A stretch of 64,000 nucleotides of DNA from Octopus sinensis (Eukaryota), in NCBI RefSeq assembly GCF_006345805.1, contig NC_043007.1, positions 75,206,001-75,270,000 of the forward strand, written 5' to 3'. The notes beneath the pieces were generated by a model. That model had not been told where the DNA came from. It did no database searches and was given only the letters and a program-made list of their open reading frames with translations. Positions 1-13,034 of the stretch are shown here, piece after piece (the first letter of the stretch is position 1; each line of letters starts with the position of its first letter). Position numbers and translations under genes: made by a program.

Positions 1-335
1 ATGATGATGATGATCATCATCATCATCGTTTAACATCCGTTTTCTGTGCTAGCACAGGTTGGACGGTTTGACTGGGGTCTGGGAAGCCAGGGGCTGCACC
101 AGGCTCCAGTCTAATCTGGCAGTGTTTCTACAGCTGGATGCCCTTCCTAACGCCAACCACTCCGTGAGTGTAGTGGGTGCTTTTTATGTGCCACTGGCAC
201 AGGTGCCAGGGGAGGCTGGCAGCGGCCACGATCGGTTGGTGCTTTTTACGTACAACCGGCACAGAAGCCAGTCAAGGCGGCGCTGGCATCGGCCACGTTC
301 GGATGGTGCTTTTTACGTGCCACCGGCACAGGTAT
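1..335 (-). mobile_element. RTE LINE 3' tail copy
   Basis: (CAT)n cgtttaa..gctagcacaggttggacgg, the reverse complement of the 50000-50435 tail. Confidence 0.8.
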
Positions 336-482
336 GTGGTAATTTTAATAATGTATTTCAGAGATGTGCTTGTCTTGCAAGTGATTTGATCTGAGAAGAT
401 GTGTTGAAACGAAAGTAATTACAGCATAGAAGACACATTTTAGCCATTCAAAAATACAAAGAGACTTGTTAACTTCATCTAA

Positions 483-698
483 CCCTTAAGCACTCAGCTT
501 ACTCTGTCAAATCTAATGATTATTTATTTATATTGCTTTGAATTAATCCGCCATTATCTCGTAGCTTTGAGATTTCAATAGTGTGATTGTTTATTTATGA
601 AATGACACTGTAAGGTAGGTGTGAGAGGTCAGATCTGGTCAATTTTAACATAAAACAGAATATTTGGGCTGGATATGGCCAGTTTTCATGCTAAAGAG
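483..698 (+). mobile_element. piggyBac-type MITE (about 220 bp), degenerate copy
   Basis: CCCTTAAG...CTAAAGAG ends with TTAA on the right; same family as 51635-51854. Confidence 0.7.
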
Positions 699-2418
699 TT
701 AAACATTTATTATTTGGGGTAAAGATTTATGTCGCAGCCTTATCACTGACACAGTTTTGATGTGAATAGGTGTGTCGAAAAATTTTGACACCAAGTAAAA
801 AAGATTTTTAAGTTAACAGTCTTTGTGTTTTTGAATGGTTAATATGTGATCTAAGCTGTACTTGTACTAATAATGTAATAGCATTTGTTATTCAGCTCAT
901 TGTTTCATGTTTGTTTTCCCACTTCCTTATGCTAAAGAGTTTCCACAGCTGTCATCATTACAGACCATAATATTATTTAAACAGTTTTCATAAGAATTAT
1001 GAAATACATGTATACCAGCTCAGATCATAGTAGGAACTAAATTTGTGACAGAGTTCCTATTCATTACACAAATAACTTTTGGAAAAACAAAATAATTTTT
1101 TTTTTCCTTCTAGAAATGTTGGTGTTTCATGTTACACATTAAAATAAATAAATAAAATAAAATATCCTCCCCATTTCTTTTTTTTTTAAATCCTTTATGT
1201 GAGAATCTTTAGCAGAGTCCACTCTATTTGCAGGCATTAAGGCCAAGCCTCGGCATTGAGAATTAACGTCTTCTCCTCTTTCCATCAGTCTCAGAAAAAT
1301 ATGTCAATAGGTGTGAGCATGGCTGTGTGCTTAGAAATTTACTTCCCAATCACATGGTTTTGGGTTCAGTCCCACTGTGCGGCATCTTGAGCATATCTTC
1401 TTCTACTATTGCCCCAAGCTACCCAAATCCTTGTCAATGAGTTTGTTAGATAGAAACTGGAAGACGCCTGTTGTATATATATATATATGTGTGTGTGTGT
1501 ATATATATATATATACCATAAAGATTTTAAAAGTATGTGAATATATTTATTTAATCACTTAACCTCCTTAGGATTACAGCTGTTTCACAGCCTTCTTCAT
1601 GTAATAAGAATTTCAGTATATAATGAATTATGTTTGCATGTCTGCATTAATGTGCATGCTATGCATTATACAATTGTATATTTGCAATATACAATCATAT
1701 TGTATAATGCCAAATAAGCATTTTAATGCAAATATGTAAACATAATTTCTTCCAAACTAAAGTTATCACTATATGAAGAAGTCTGCAAAACAGCTGTAGT
1801 CCCAAAGATGTCAAGTGGTTAAATAAATGTATATTCACTTCCCATACCTCTTGACAGGGTGTACGGGAGGGGTAGTACCTCTGATGGGGCAACAGTCGTG
1901 CTCCTCCTCGAAGTAATTGATCTGCCTTGGTCCCCACCTGCACTGAACTCTCACTTGTGGCTTCTAGTAGCTATTTGTATATAGTTTAAATTCTCCTCAT
2001 GAAATAATCTCATCAATCAGATCTTCTGGATTGCAGCTGCATGAACACTTTCCCCCAGCATGGCCACAGCTCATAAGCTGAAACTGGAAAAATCAAAATC
2101 AAAATCAAAATCATTAGATTACTATGTGGACTGGTAGTTGAGTCTATAAGAGCAGCTTTCTGTGATATCCATATGATTCTCTGAATCCATATCTTATACT
2201 AAATACATACACATATATGTATATATATATATGTATGTGTGTGTGTGTGCAGGCACGGCTATGTGGTAAGAAGCTTGCTTCCCAACCACGTTTCTGGATT
2301 CAGTTCCACTGCGTGGTACTTTGGGAAAGTGTCTTCTAAGCCCCAGCTTAACAAAAGCCTTGTAAGTGGATCTGGTAGACAGAAACTGAAAGAAACCTAT
2401 TGTATATATATATATATA

Positions 2419-2632
2419 CAGGTTGCAGTGAATAAGCTGTCGTCTAAATTACACAAAAATGAAAATAACACTGACTTCTCGTTTTAACAGATATATTTAT
2501 CAAAATTACATTAAAATATCTTGAAATACTAAACAGTAAATTTATTCAATAAAATCGCCATTGGCTTCAACCATGGCCTCCAGACGACTTTGGAATCTCT
2601 TGCAACTCTTCTGGATAAGTCTCCTTGTTTCG
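2419..2632 (-). mobile_element. 3' remnant of the DD37D (maT-like) transposon family
   Basis: Encodes KSCKRFQSRLEAMVEANGDFIE* plus 3' UTR, TIR and TA; homologous to 57700-57947. Confidence 0.8.
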
Positions 2633-2805
2633 GGGGGAAATATTGTCTTGCTTAGAATCAAATGAGGGTTGGCAACAAGAAGAGTACCCTGCCATAGAAA
2701 ATCTGCCTCCACAAATCTCATTTGACCCAAATGGATGTTAAAACAATGACGATGAGTTTTTCATCTTTTTTTTTTTTTTTAAATTCCATTTCTTGTTCAT
2801 TCTAG

Positions 2806-2857
2806 GCTTGGACTTGAAGCCAAGAAAGAAGAATCACTTTCTGATTGGTATTCTCAG
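2806..2857 (+). CDS. EPRS1: EPRS internal exon, start of ProRS catalytic domain: (R)LGLEAKKEESLSDWYSQ
   Basis: ttctAG acceptor and GTatgt donor. Translation matches the metazoan EPRS motif RLGLEAKKEE..DWYSQ. The upstream exon is outside the window. Confidence 0.93.
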
Positions 2858-3778
2858 GTATGTCATTTATATAATTGAAACATCTAGAGCATTCACTAAA
2901 ATGTTTTTTTAATAATTTTGGGAGGTTTGCTGATGAACTTTTTTACAATTTAGATTTACGTTAATAAATTAAGGTTTTCATTATAAATATACAGATATTT
3001 CGTTTTTGGATTTGGTTTGCAAGTTTCATTATATGAGTTTGTGTGTTGAAGCATATTCTATTGTGTCTGGGGAGAGTCATTTTCTTTTTGTGCCTTAACA
3101 CACTCACCAGTAAAATTTCCACTTATTTCTTATTTTTATTTTCCTTAAATTTTCGTTGCGTCTTGCAACCTTTTCAATAGTCTTAACTCAGTCCGTTATT
3201 TACACCGCGTTCCTTTTTGTTTGTGTGCATGTGTGTGGGTCAGTGTGTGTGCCTATGCATGCATGTACGTATGTATGTGTGTATGTATATATGCATGTGT
3301 ATGTATGTATATGTGTGTGTGTGTGTGTGTGTGTATGTATATATGTATGTATGTGTGTGCATCTGTATGTATACAAAGATAGAAATATTAATAGAAAATT
3401 ATTGTAAAAATTTCCGAATGTAACATTAATAATTTTGTTCGTGTCATAAGAATTTGAAAAACTTCAAGAGAATGTGAAATTATTTGATTTTAACCATGGA
3501 ACTCGAAGCATATAAGTCTATAAATAACAGCATGTAAATATTGGGTTAAAGACCCTTTTAGATCAATAAAAGTCAAAGGCTACCCATAGGATTCATGCCC
3601 AGATGAAAAGTTTGCTTTGGTCAATCCAATAGTAGAACAGATAACCTTTAACTTTTTCTGTCTAAAGACTCTTTATAAACCCAATATATGCTTGCTCTTG
3701 TTTATTGTTTTATCTGCTTCAAGTTCAGTTGTTAAAAATGAATTATTTAACATCAATAAATGGTATGAATTATATTAA

Positions 3779-3998
3779 TCCTTTAGCGTTTAAACTAACC
3801 ATATCTGGCTCAAATACGCCACCTGTTTTATGTTCTAACCAGCCAGATCCAGCCTATTACACTTAGCCATTAATGCCATTCTAGAAATATACAGTCACAT
3901 CATCAAAATCTCGAAGCTACAAAATAATGCATGATAAATTAAAAACAATGTGAATGAAAAGGCATTATATTTGAGAGAATAATCTGAACGCTAAATGG
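3779..3998 (-). mobile_element. piggyBac-type MITE copy
   Basis: TTAA on both sides; reverse complement of the family. Confidence 0.75.
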
Positions 3999-4085
3999 TT
4001 AAATCTATTTTCAAATGTTCACTTTTTTATTTTTGTTTTGTCACACCTGACTTTAGTTCTAAATCTTTGTATTAATCAATTATAG

Positions 4086-4295
4086 GTGATCACAAAAGCC
4101 GAACTGATTGAATATTATGATGTCAGTGGTTGTTACATCTTACGTCCATGGGCATACAGCATCTGGGAAGCCATTCATGATTTCTTCGATAAAGAGATTA
4201 AGAAATTAGGGGTGGAAAATGCATATTTCCCCCTCTTTGTATCTGCTCAAGCTCTACAAACTGAAAAAACACATATTGGAGATTTTGCTCCTGAG
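4086..4295 (+). CDS. EPRS1: EPRS exon [22 protein letters not shown]...HIGDFAPE
   Basis: AG/GT borders, 210 nt, phase 0-0; ProRS motif-1 region. Confidence 0.96.
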
Positions 4296-4790
4296 GTATT
4301 TCAACTTGATATTCTTTCATCACTAGTCAATATTATTGAATTCTTTTGTCTTTGTTTTTGCTATTTTTTTCCTTTGAAAGTATGTTTTTTGCCACTGTAT
4401 CTTGAACTACGAAAATAGTTGTTAGATTTAACTCAGAGTCCAAGTAAACTGGTAGCAGTCTACATCAGCAATGGTTATATTGTGACATGACTTTGGATAT
4501 GTTGGGGGAATAAAGGAATGTAACATTTCAAGACTGACTTTTCTTTTGAGAAGGAGAAGACAAATACTTTTCAACCGAGCCAGTTTTAGTCATTACTGAG
4601 AATATATAAGGAAGGATATGTTTGTATTTATGTCATAAGAACTGAGAAACTTCAAGAGGCATGAAATAATCATTTTTGGTGATGGAACTCAATGTAGATA
4701 ATAGTAAGTATTAAATTACAAAAAAAACTCTTGGATGGAGAAAAGTTGCAGATTGTGCATGGGATGCAAACACATCTTATGTAGACATGG

Positions 4791-4862
4791 CAGATGTTCT
4801 ACCGTTGTACCAAAGCATGGAGAAATTCAAAGGAATGCTTTGGTACAATGGTAGAACATCTG
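4791..4862. other. 72-nt hairpin (28-bp stem, 16-nt loop) in an EPRS intron
   Basis: cagatgttctaccgttgtaccaaagcat / atgctttggtacaatggtagaacatctg; one G-U pair on the + strand. Confidence 0.9.
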
Positions 4863-5376
4863 AGAGGATGGTTAAGTCATAGTTAGTTTAGATGTGATAC
4901 AAAATAGTGAGTGGGGTGGAGGAAAGAAAATAGATGCAAGATATGTAGGGATGTATATGTAGATACACACACATACATATACATACACATATATCACAGT
5001 ATTGACAAGACTATCAGATGTTGTAATCACTGGTTACAGTGCACTTACTTGCATCGTTTTAGCATTTGAATAATGCCCCACTGTCTAGGCGAGCAAGCCA
5101 ATATTCTCCCTGATAGGATGGCCAGTCTGTCATGGTGCTACCTATTTACAGCTGAGTGGACTGGAGCTATGTGAAATGAAGTGTTTTGCTCAAAAGCACA
5201 ATGTGCTACTAGTTCGAGAATCAAAACCACAATCTAACGATTGTGAGCACAACTCCCTCTAAACGGTAGGACACGGGGACACACACACACATATGCATAT
5301 AACTATTTATATTTACTGCATATAAAACTACTGTACTAGGACTTTTTAAATATTTCAACCTAATCATTGTTTCTAG

Positions 5377-5529
5377 GTCGCTTGGGTAACAAAGTCCGGA
5401 CAAAGTGAACTCGTTGAGCCTGTTGCCATTCGACCAACCAGTGAGACTGTCATGTACCCGTCATACAGGAAATGGGTTAAATCTCACAGAGATTTACCGA
5501 TACGGATTAACCAATGGTGCAATGTTGTG
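5377..5529 (+). CDS. EPRS1: EPRS exon [28 protein letters not shown]...NQWCNVV
   Basis: AG/GT borders, 153 nt; RPTSET motif of eukaryote-type ProRS. Confidence 0.96.
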
Positions 5530-5948
5530 GTAAGTTTTTTTTTTTTTTTTTTTTTTTTTTTCCAATAATTAGCATATAACTGTTTGTTCTTTATGGGTTT
5601 GCTCTGGCACCCCATTCACTACCATCTTGTCTTATTCTCAGCCATTTCCTTCACACCTTTATATAATGCTTGGTAACCATGGGGAAATATTGTAGATGAG
5701 GTTTGGCAACAGGGAGGGCATTTGACCATTGAAAATTCATTTCAATGAATTTCTCTGACCCATACAAGTACAGAAAAGTGAACATGAAAATGATGATGAT
5801 GATGATGATGATGATGTAGTAGTAGTAGTAGTATTTTAATGCTGAGTTTTAATAATCTTCTCAGTAGGCCTAGCATAGAGATGAGTATCATTTCAGATCT
5901 ATTAATTAAGAAAGAATATTAAATCAACAACAATAAAGAAACATCAAA

Positions 5949-6162
5949 TTTAGCATTTAAGCCAGCCATATCCAGCCCAAATATTCTACCTGTTTTGTGT
6001 TTAAACTGGCTAAATCTGGCATTTCACACCTACCCTACAATGTCATGCTCATGATAAACAATCCATTATCAAAATCTTGAACCCATAAGATAATGCATGA
6101 TTAATTCAAAACAATATGAGTAACTAAGTATTACATTTGACAGTAACCTGAATGCTAAAGAG
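5949..6162 (-). mobile_element. piggyBac-type MITE copy
   Basis: Internal homology to the family; degenerate ends. Confidence 0.65.
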
Positions 6163-6596
6163 TAAAAACTTCTAATTTTCAGTATGTAATTAACCTCTGT
6201 AGCAATGGGATAATATCAGCATTGATTAAGTAGTTGTCGTAAGTTCAATCTGTAGGTCAGTCAAGCTTATATTTTTGTTGAAGTATAACAAACTGATACA
6301 GACAACGGGATGAGAACAATCTACTTTTGTGGATTCAAATAAAGAGTTAGGTTCCAAATTCAAAGGCCCTTACTGAATATGACCGGTACCAAAGTCGGCC
6401 AGAGGGTATAATGACTAAAACGTTATCATTATAAGAACCAAGATGGAGACACTAGTCCAAATGTATTGTTATATTGTAATGTTATAAAAGATTACCTGCC
6501 AATAGATTCTGAACGTTTTCCTTCAGTTTTTACTTCCAATATGAAGTCTGAATATTTTGATGAAATTGCTTTCACTAAACCTTCTTATTCTGATAG

Positions 6597-6767
<171 letters not shown>

Positions 6768-7283
6768 TAGTGTGCCATGTTGTTAATGCTTAACAACATT
6801 TCTTCTGGCTTTCTATTTTCTGAGTTCAAATCCCACCGAAGTCACCTTTCATCTTTTCAGATTCAGGGCCTTGTGCCAAAAATTGTTCCTGGTTTGAGAA
6901 ATACATCAAAGATTTCCATTCTTGAAGCAAGAATTTGGCATACCTTGAAGAACCTGTGGAGAACTGTTCAAGTTTCCAAAAACATTCATAACAAGTGCCT
7001 TCAGAGAGTGCAAACCTCCGTCAATTTTACTTTTCATTACCACATGAGGATAAAATTAACTCGCAAATGACTGAGTACTCCACAGACATGCGTAACATTA
7101 ATGTAGTTCTCAGGGAGATTCAGCCTCACACGGAATATGACGAGGCTGGCCCCTTTGAATTACAACTACAACTTGACACATATATATATGAATGTATTTG
7201 TGTGTGTATAGTATAGGTTAGTTAAAACATGTTTGCAATAATAAGCATCACCACTACCTCCAAGCCCGCCATATGTATATATA

Positions 7284-7361
<78 letters not shown>

Positions 7362-8023
7362 GTGTGTGTGTGTGTCTGTATTTGTCCCACCACCGTCATT
7401 ACTTGACAACCGATGTTTGTGCGTTTGTGTCCCTGTAATTTAGCTGTTCAGCAGAAGAGACAGATAGAATAAGCACCAGGCTTACAGGGAATAAGTCCAG
7501 GGGTCAGTTTCTTCGACTAAAGGGTGGTGCTCCAGCATGGCCACTGCCAAATGACTGAAACAAGTAAAATAATACCAAAAAAATGTTCCATACCACTAAA
7601 CCAAGAAGGTCCTTTGAATATGTACAATGTATTTTAAGGTTAAATAGTAATTCCTTTTACATTTGTGTAACAGATATTTTGGTTGGATTATATAGTCACT
7701 GGTGTTACATTACTTACTATATTCTGTAACTGTCACAATATACTTTTCTATGCCCGAAATTTTTATGGGGAGGGGGCCAGTCGATTAGATTGATCCCAGT
7801 ACACAACTGGTACTTAATTTATCAACCCCAAAAGGATGAAAGTAAAGTCGATCTTGGCAGAATTTGAACTCAGAACGTAAAGACAGACAGTCATAATATG
7901 CAAGCATTTCTCATGGCACCAGTACACTGTTTACAGATGCTTACATCTTTTATGTTTTCTGTGAATTTTTCATGGGTCCAGCTAATTATTATTATTGTTA
8001 TTACTATTATTGTTGTTATTATC

Positions 8024-8345
8024 ATTATTACATCCGCCTTAGTGAAGGTGGAGGTATCATTTTCAGTTGTGTTTCTTTGTCTGTGGACAAGATATCTCAA
8101 AAACCGCTAGATGGATTCAGGTGAAACTTTCAAGGATGTTTGGCCTCATGACTGGCACAAACTGATTAGATTTTGTGATCGATCTGGTACCAGACAAGGA
8201 TTCTGGCTTATTTTTCCTGTTTTTTTTACTTAATTTTTGAGAGTAGTTGGGTTCATTTTTAGTATTCTCGTTTGCAGAGCAGTCTAGTTTATTTCAGATA
8301 TTCTCATTTTAAAATCATCTCTGGCTAATTGTTGAGAGGGCATTG
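8024..8345 (+). mobile_element. Non-autonomous Helentron/DINE-like (HINE) element, 3'-truncated
   Basis: 5' hairpin tccgcctt-agtg-aaggtgga, short GTCT-like tract and gatatctcaaaaaccgctagatggatt..gaaact block typical of HINE/DINE-1-like elements; family assignment from recalled pattern only. Confidence 0.5.
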
Positions 8346-8820
8346 GTGCTTATACTTAGCAGCATTTCTTCTAACTTATACGTTTCTGGGTTCAAATGCC
8401 ACTGTAGTTCACTTTGCCTTTCATCCTTTTGGTGTCAATAAAATAAGTGACAGTTGAGCACTGGGGCCAATGTAATCAACTTACACCTTCCCCTCAAAAA
8501 CCACTGACCCTCTACCAAAATTTGTCTGTTGCTCCATTCTGAGTTCAAATTCCGCCAGGGTCGACTTTGACTTTCATCCTTTCAGAGTAGATAAAGTAAG
8601 TACCAGTTGAATACTGGGGTCAATGTAATCAACTCATATTCCTTCCCCAAAAATTGCTACCCTTGTAGCAAAATTTGAAACCATTATTATTTTTTTTTTT
8701 TATTATTGTTATTATTATTATTATTTTTGTTGTTTTTATTATCATCATTATTATTATTATTATTATTATTGTTATTATTCACTTTCTTTGAAAAGACATT
8801 TTCAACTTGTTTTCCAACAG

Positions 8821-8976
8821 GTGATGACAATCCTAGGTTTATATTCCCGTGTTTACACAGATTTATTGGCCATCCCTGTTATTGCTGGTAAAAAGACCGA
8901 GAAAGAAAAATTTGCTGGAGGAGATTATACAACAACAGTTGAATGTTACATTTCTGCCAGTGGTCGAGCCATTCAG
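8821..8976 (+). CDS. EPRS1: EPRS exon [52 protein letters not shown]
   Basis: caacAG/GTaaat borders, 156 nt; KTEKEKFAG motif. Confidence 0.96.
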
Positions 8977-9216
8977 GTAAATTGCACTATCACTCATTAT
9001 GTTTCTGTCATTAACAGTGTTGACTGATATCAACATCTATTATTCTTTCTATAAGTCTAAGTCCCTTGACTACTCAAGATAAGCTTGGACAGTTGCTGTG
9101 CTGATGATGGCTATTGAGCCAGAAACATGTATCCACAACTGTCCTCTTATCACCAGACAATAAGCCTGTCCTTTTCTTTAATGGTATATCAACTTGATAT
9201 ACCATTATATCAAAAA

Positions 9217-9433
9217 GGCGGCAAGCTGGCAGAAACGTTAGCACGCCGGGCAAAATGCTTAGCGGTATTTCGTCTGCGGTTACATTCTGAGTTCAAATTC
9301 CGCCAAGGTCGACTTTGCCTTTCATCCTATCGGGGTCGATTAAATAAGTACTAGTTACGCACTGGGGTCGATATAATCGACTTAATCCGTTTGTCCTCTC
9401 TGTGTTTAGCCCCTTGTGGGTAGTAAAGAAATA
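9217..9433 (+). mobile_element. tRNA-like-headed SINE family 1 (ggcggcgagctggcagaaacg...tagtaaagaaata)
   Basis: B-box-like gagttcaaattcc; central ctttcatcct..ggggtcgat..aagtac block; multicopy. Confidence 0.8.
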
Positions 9434-9635
9434 GGTATATCAACTTTGAAGAATTCTTGAATATTGATTTCATCTCTTAAGTACCACTGGTTATAGCTTG
9501 CTATTTGGTAATTATGATACATCGTCTAGAAGCAGAGGTAATTGTAATTAATCAAAAATTTACATTGTATGGTATTTGATTTAGCTGTATTTTTCTGTGT
9601 TGTTCAAATACATCTTAATTCCTCTTTATTTTTAA

Positions 9636-9855
9636 CCTTTCAGCATTCAGATTTCTCTGTCAAATATGATGTTTACTTATTCACATTGTTATGAATTTGT
9701 CGTGCTTTACCTTGCAGCTTTGAGAATTCAATGATGTGATTGTTAAATTTTAGAATAATATTGTAGTGTAAGTGTGAGAGGCCAGATCTGGTCAGTTTGG
9801 AGATAAAACTCGTAGATTATTTTGGCCAGATATTGCCGGTTTAAATGCTAAAGGG
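9636..9855 (+). mobile_element. piggyBac-type MITE copy
   Basis: TTAA-CCTTTCAG...CTAAAGGG-TTAA. Confidence 0.8.
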
Positions 9856-9949
9856 TTAAATTATCCCAAACAGACTGATTCTATGCCTACGTATTATAGT
9901 TCTGTGATGCTAGCAACTACAGTCACACATTAAACAATTATTCACTAAT

Positions 9950-10250
9950 ATCGGCGTCACCTTACTGGCACATGAAAAACACATTCAAGCAAGGTCATTG
10001 CCAATGCCACTGGACTGACTCCTGTGCAGGTGGGACGTAAAAAACACCATTTTGAGCATGGCCATTGCCAGACTGGCACGTAAAAGCACCCACTACACTC
10101 TTGGAGTGGTTGACATTAGGAAGGGCATCTGGCTGTAGAAACTCTACCAGATCAGATTGGAGTCTGGTGCAGCCATGTGGTTCACCAGTCCTCCGTCAAA
10201 TCGTCCAACCCATGCTAGCATGGAAAGCGGACATTAAATGATGATGATGA
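9950..10250 (+). mobile_element. RTE LINE 3' tail copy (EPRS intron)
   Basis: Subrepeats, CCATGCTAGCATGG and (GAT)n. Confidence 0.85.
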
Positions 10251-10852
10251 TCTCTCAGACTATTGACCTATTATGCTCTCCATACATTAGTATATATCAG
10301 CAACACAACCAATGTTTCCACAAAATAGACTATCAACCACAATCAAACACATTTATTACCCTAATTATCAACAACACTACATCATCATCATCATCATATA
10401 CATAAAAACTAAAGCACAGAATTAATTAAACACACTTTGGTTCTTCTTCTGAATCATTATTATCATTTTATGTTTATTTCCCCCCTCTCTACCCATCCAC
10501 CCCCCACCCCCACCCCACCCCCATGTTGGCATAGGTTGGACAAGTCTTTCACTTGTCATCACTCATTGCAATCCTCATCCTCTGACACACACAGCAACAA
10601 AGGATACCTGACAGTTTTTTTGTTATTTTATTATGCTTGCTGACTATAGAGAGATTTCCTGCAACCAGACTTTGGAGTTACATCCAACTAAAATGAGAAA
10701 GGAGGAAATTTCCATGTTAGATTATAAACAACACATAAGATTCACTAAAGATATGAGAATATTGTCACCCTCACAATGCCTTTTCCCCCAGATTGAAAGA
10801 AAGTATACACTATAGAAAACACTACCCCTTGCATCATTACATACACACACCT

Positions 10853-11330
10853 TCATCATCATCATCATTGTTGTTTAACGTCTGCTTTCCATGCTGGCAT
10901 GGGTTGGACAGTTCGACTGATGGCTTGCAAGCCAGAAGGCTGCACCAGGCTCCAATCTGATCTGGCAAAGTTTCTACAGCTGGATGCCCTTCCTAACACC
11001 AACCACTCCAAGAGTGGAGTGGGTCTTTTTACGTGCCACTTGCATGAAGACCAATCAGGCAGCACTGGCAATGACCACACTCGAACGGTGCTTTTTATGT
11101 GCCACCAGCATGGGACCTGTCAGGCAGTACTGTCATCAGCCATGACAATGACTTCACTTGACCCAACAGCTCTTCACAAGCATAGTTTATTGCCCAATGA
11201 TTGAAGAGTACTCTTAAATGGGCTGGTTATGCTGCACTGGCATAGGCCACTGTTATGGTCTCACTTGGTTTGCCAGGTCTTCTCAAGCACATCCTATCTC
11301 CAAAGGTCTCAGACACTTGTCATCGCCTCC
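10853..11330 (-). mobile_element. RTE LINE 3' end copy reaching the ORF stop (EPRS intron)
   Basis: Reverse complement of the tail, 3' UTR and LEKTWQTK* end. Confidence 0.85.
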
Positions 11331-11768
11331 TGAACTAGCTACAAATATTTAGACATTACTTTAGAATATTTCAATAATATTCTAAAAGCGACCACTTTCA
11401 CCTAATCATATCAAATACAACACACACACCACAAGAGAACCAAAATAACTACAACAACAAGCAATGGGCAAGAAAATTGTGAATTTTAATGCTTCAGTAT
11501 AATAGCCTACTTCTATAAGAACTACAATTTGTTGGGTCACTCTTAATTCTTTATGTCTGCAGTGTTAGTTACTGTAAATCTACGAGAGTTGTCTATTTTT
11601 ACTTCTAATTACCAAAATTACAGAAAACATAGACTTGCAATAAAAGGTCGCTTTTGATCAACAAAATTGTCTTACCTTCAAATGTCCTCAGCTTATTTCC
11701 ATCTTTTTACATCGACTGTCAACTAATTAATGGTTTTAACCTTTTTTCTAATATTAATATTTTTACAG

Positions 11769-11963
11769 GGAGCAACTTCGCATCATTTAGGACAGAACTT
11801 TTCAAAAATGTTTGAAATTCAGTTTGAGCATCCTGAGACTCAAGAAAAACAGTATGTTTACCAGAATTCTTGGGGTTTAACTACGCGAACCATTGGAGTG
11901 ATGTGCATGGTTCATGGAGACAATATTGGTTTGGTACTTCCACCAAGAGTAGCATCTGTACAG
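11769..11963 (+). CDS. EPRS1: EPRS exon [15 protein letters not shown]...[14 protein letters not shown]...[11 protein letters not shown] (motif 3)
   Basis: AG/GT borders, 195 nt. Confidence 0.96.
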
Positions 11964-12132
11964 GTTGGTTTCTATTCAGACTAATTACTAATTTATTCAA
12001 ATCTCTTTCCAGTTTGTCAGTGATTAATTTTTTTTTCAACCCTCTATATTTATAAGTCTCTTGCAGTGGTCTGCCCTTGGGCAGGTCCAGTGCATGTGAA
12101 TCTTCTCAGACACTCACTATATTAAAAGGTTG

Positions 12133-12365
12133 AAGGTGTGAGCTGGCAGAAACGTTAGCACGCCGGGCGAAATGCGTAGCCGTATTTCGTCTGCTGTTAC
12201 ATTCTCAGTTCAAATTCCGCTTAGGTCAACTTTGCTTTTCATCCTTTTGGGGTCGATAAATTAAGTACCAGTTACTCACTAGGGGTCAATGTAATCAATT
12301 TAATCCGTTTGTCTGTCCTTGTTTGTCCCCTCTGTGTTTAGCCCCTTGTGAGTAGTAAAGAAATA
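12133..12365 (+). mobile_element. SINE family 1 with 15-bp TSD
   Basis: tatattaaaaggttg at 12118-12132 and 12366-12380. Confidence 0.88.
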
Positions 12366-12773
12366 TATATTAAAAGGTTGGGGAGCATACCCTTGCCTGC
12401 CACTGTTAAGTAGATTACTGAAACTTTGGCTACCGTGACTAGACTTGAGATGAATACTGGATTGGTTTCTCGTTGCCGTCTCCAAGCAGGTGGGATTCAA
12501 ACTCTGAATGTAGAGGGTCAGAAGATATACCGTAAAGCATTTCTGTCGATGCTCCAACTCTGCCACTTTCCCACCCATAGAGCAACATAAAATTAAGTGT
12601 TTTGCTCTAGAACACAATGCACCATCTGATTCTGGAACCAAACTCAAAGTCTAGCTATCACAAGTGAAACACCCTAACCACCAGGTCACATTCCCCCACA
12701 TATTTATAAGAATGAAGAATAACATCACCAATCCCTGCAGATTTACTGAAGTAAATGTTGTTTCTGTTTGTAG

Positions 12774-12947
12774 GTTGTGATTGTTCCATGTGGAATAACA
12801 GCTACTTTAGATGCTGAAAGCCGATCCAAACTCTTAAAAATGTGTGAAAATATAAACGCAACTTTGAGACAGAATGACATTCGTTCAAAAGCTGATATAC
12901 GAGACAATTACTCCCCTGGCTGGAAGTTTAACCATTGGGAACTTAAG
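12774..12947 (+). CDS. EPRS1: EPRS exon VVIVPCG...DIRDNYSPGWKFNHWELK (anticodon-binding domain)
   Basis: AG/GT borders, 174 nt. Confidence 0.96.
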
Positions 12948-13034
12948 GTACTTTCCTGCTTTTTAGTTAAATATCACACTTCTCTCTCTCCCTCCCCCTT
13001 ATTTTGAGAGTCACGCATTTTCTTCCTTTTGCAG

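Noticed and set aside
59-394. Recurrent ORFs such as GCTRLQSDLA...[10 protein letters not shown]
   Set aside because: Antisense translations of the multicopy RTE 3' tail, not a gene family
6290-6430. Possible intronic snoRNA in EPRS
   Set aside because: No convincing C/D box pair with terminal stem and no H/ACA architecture
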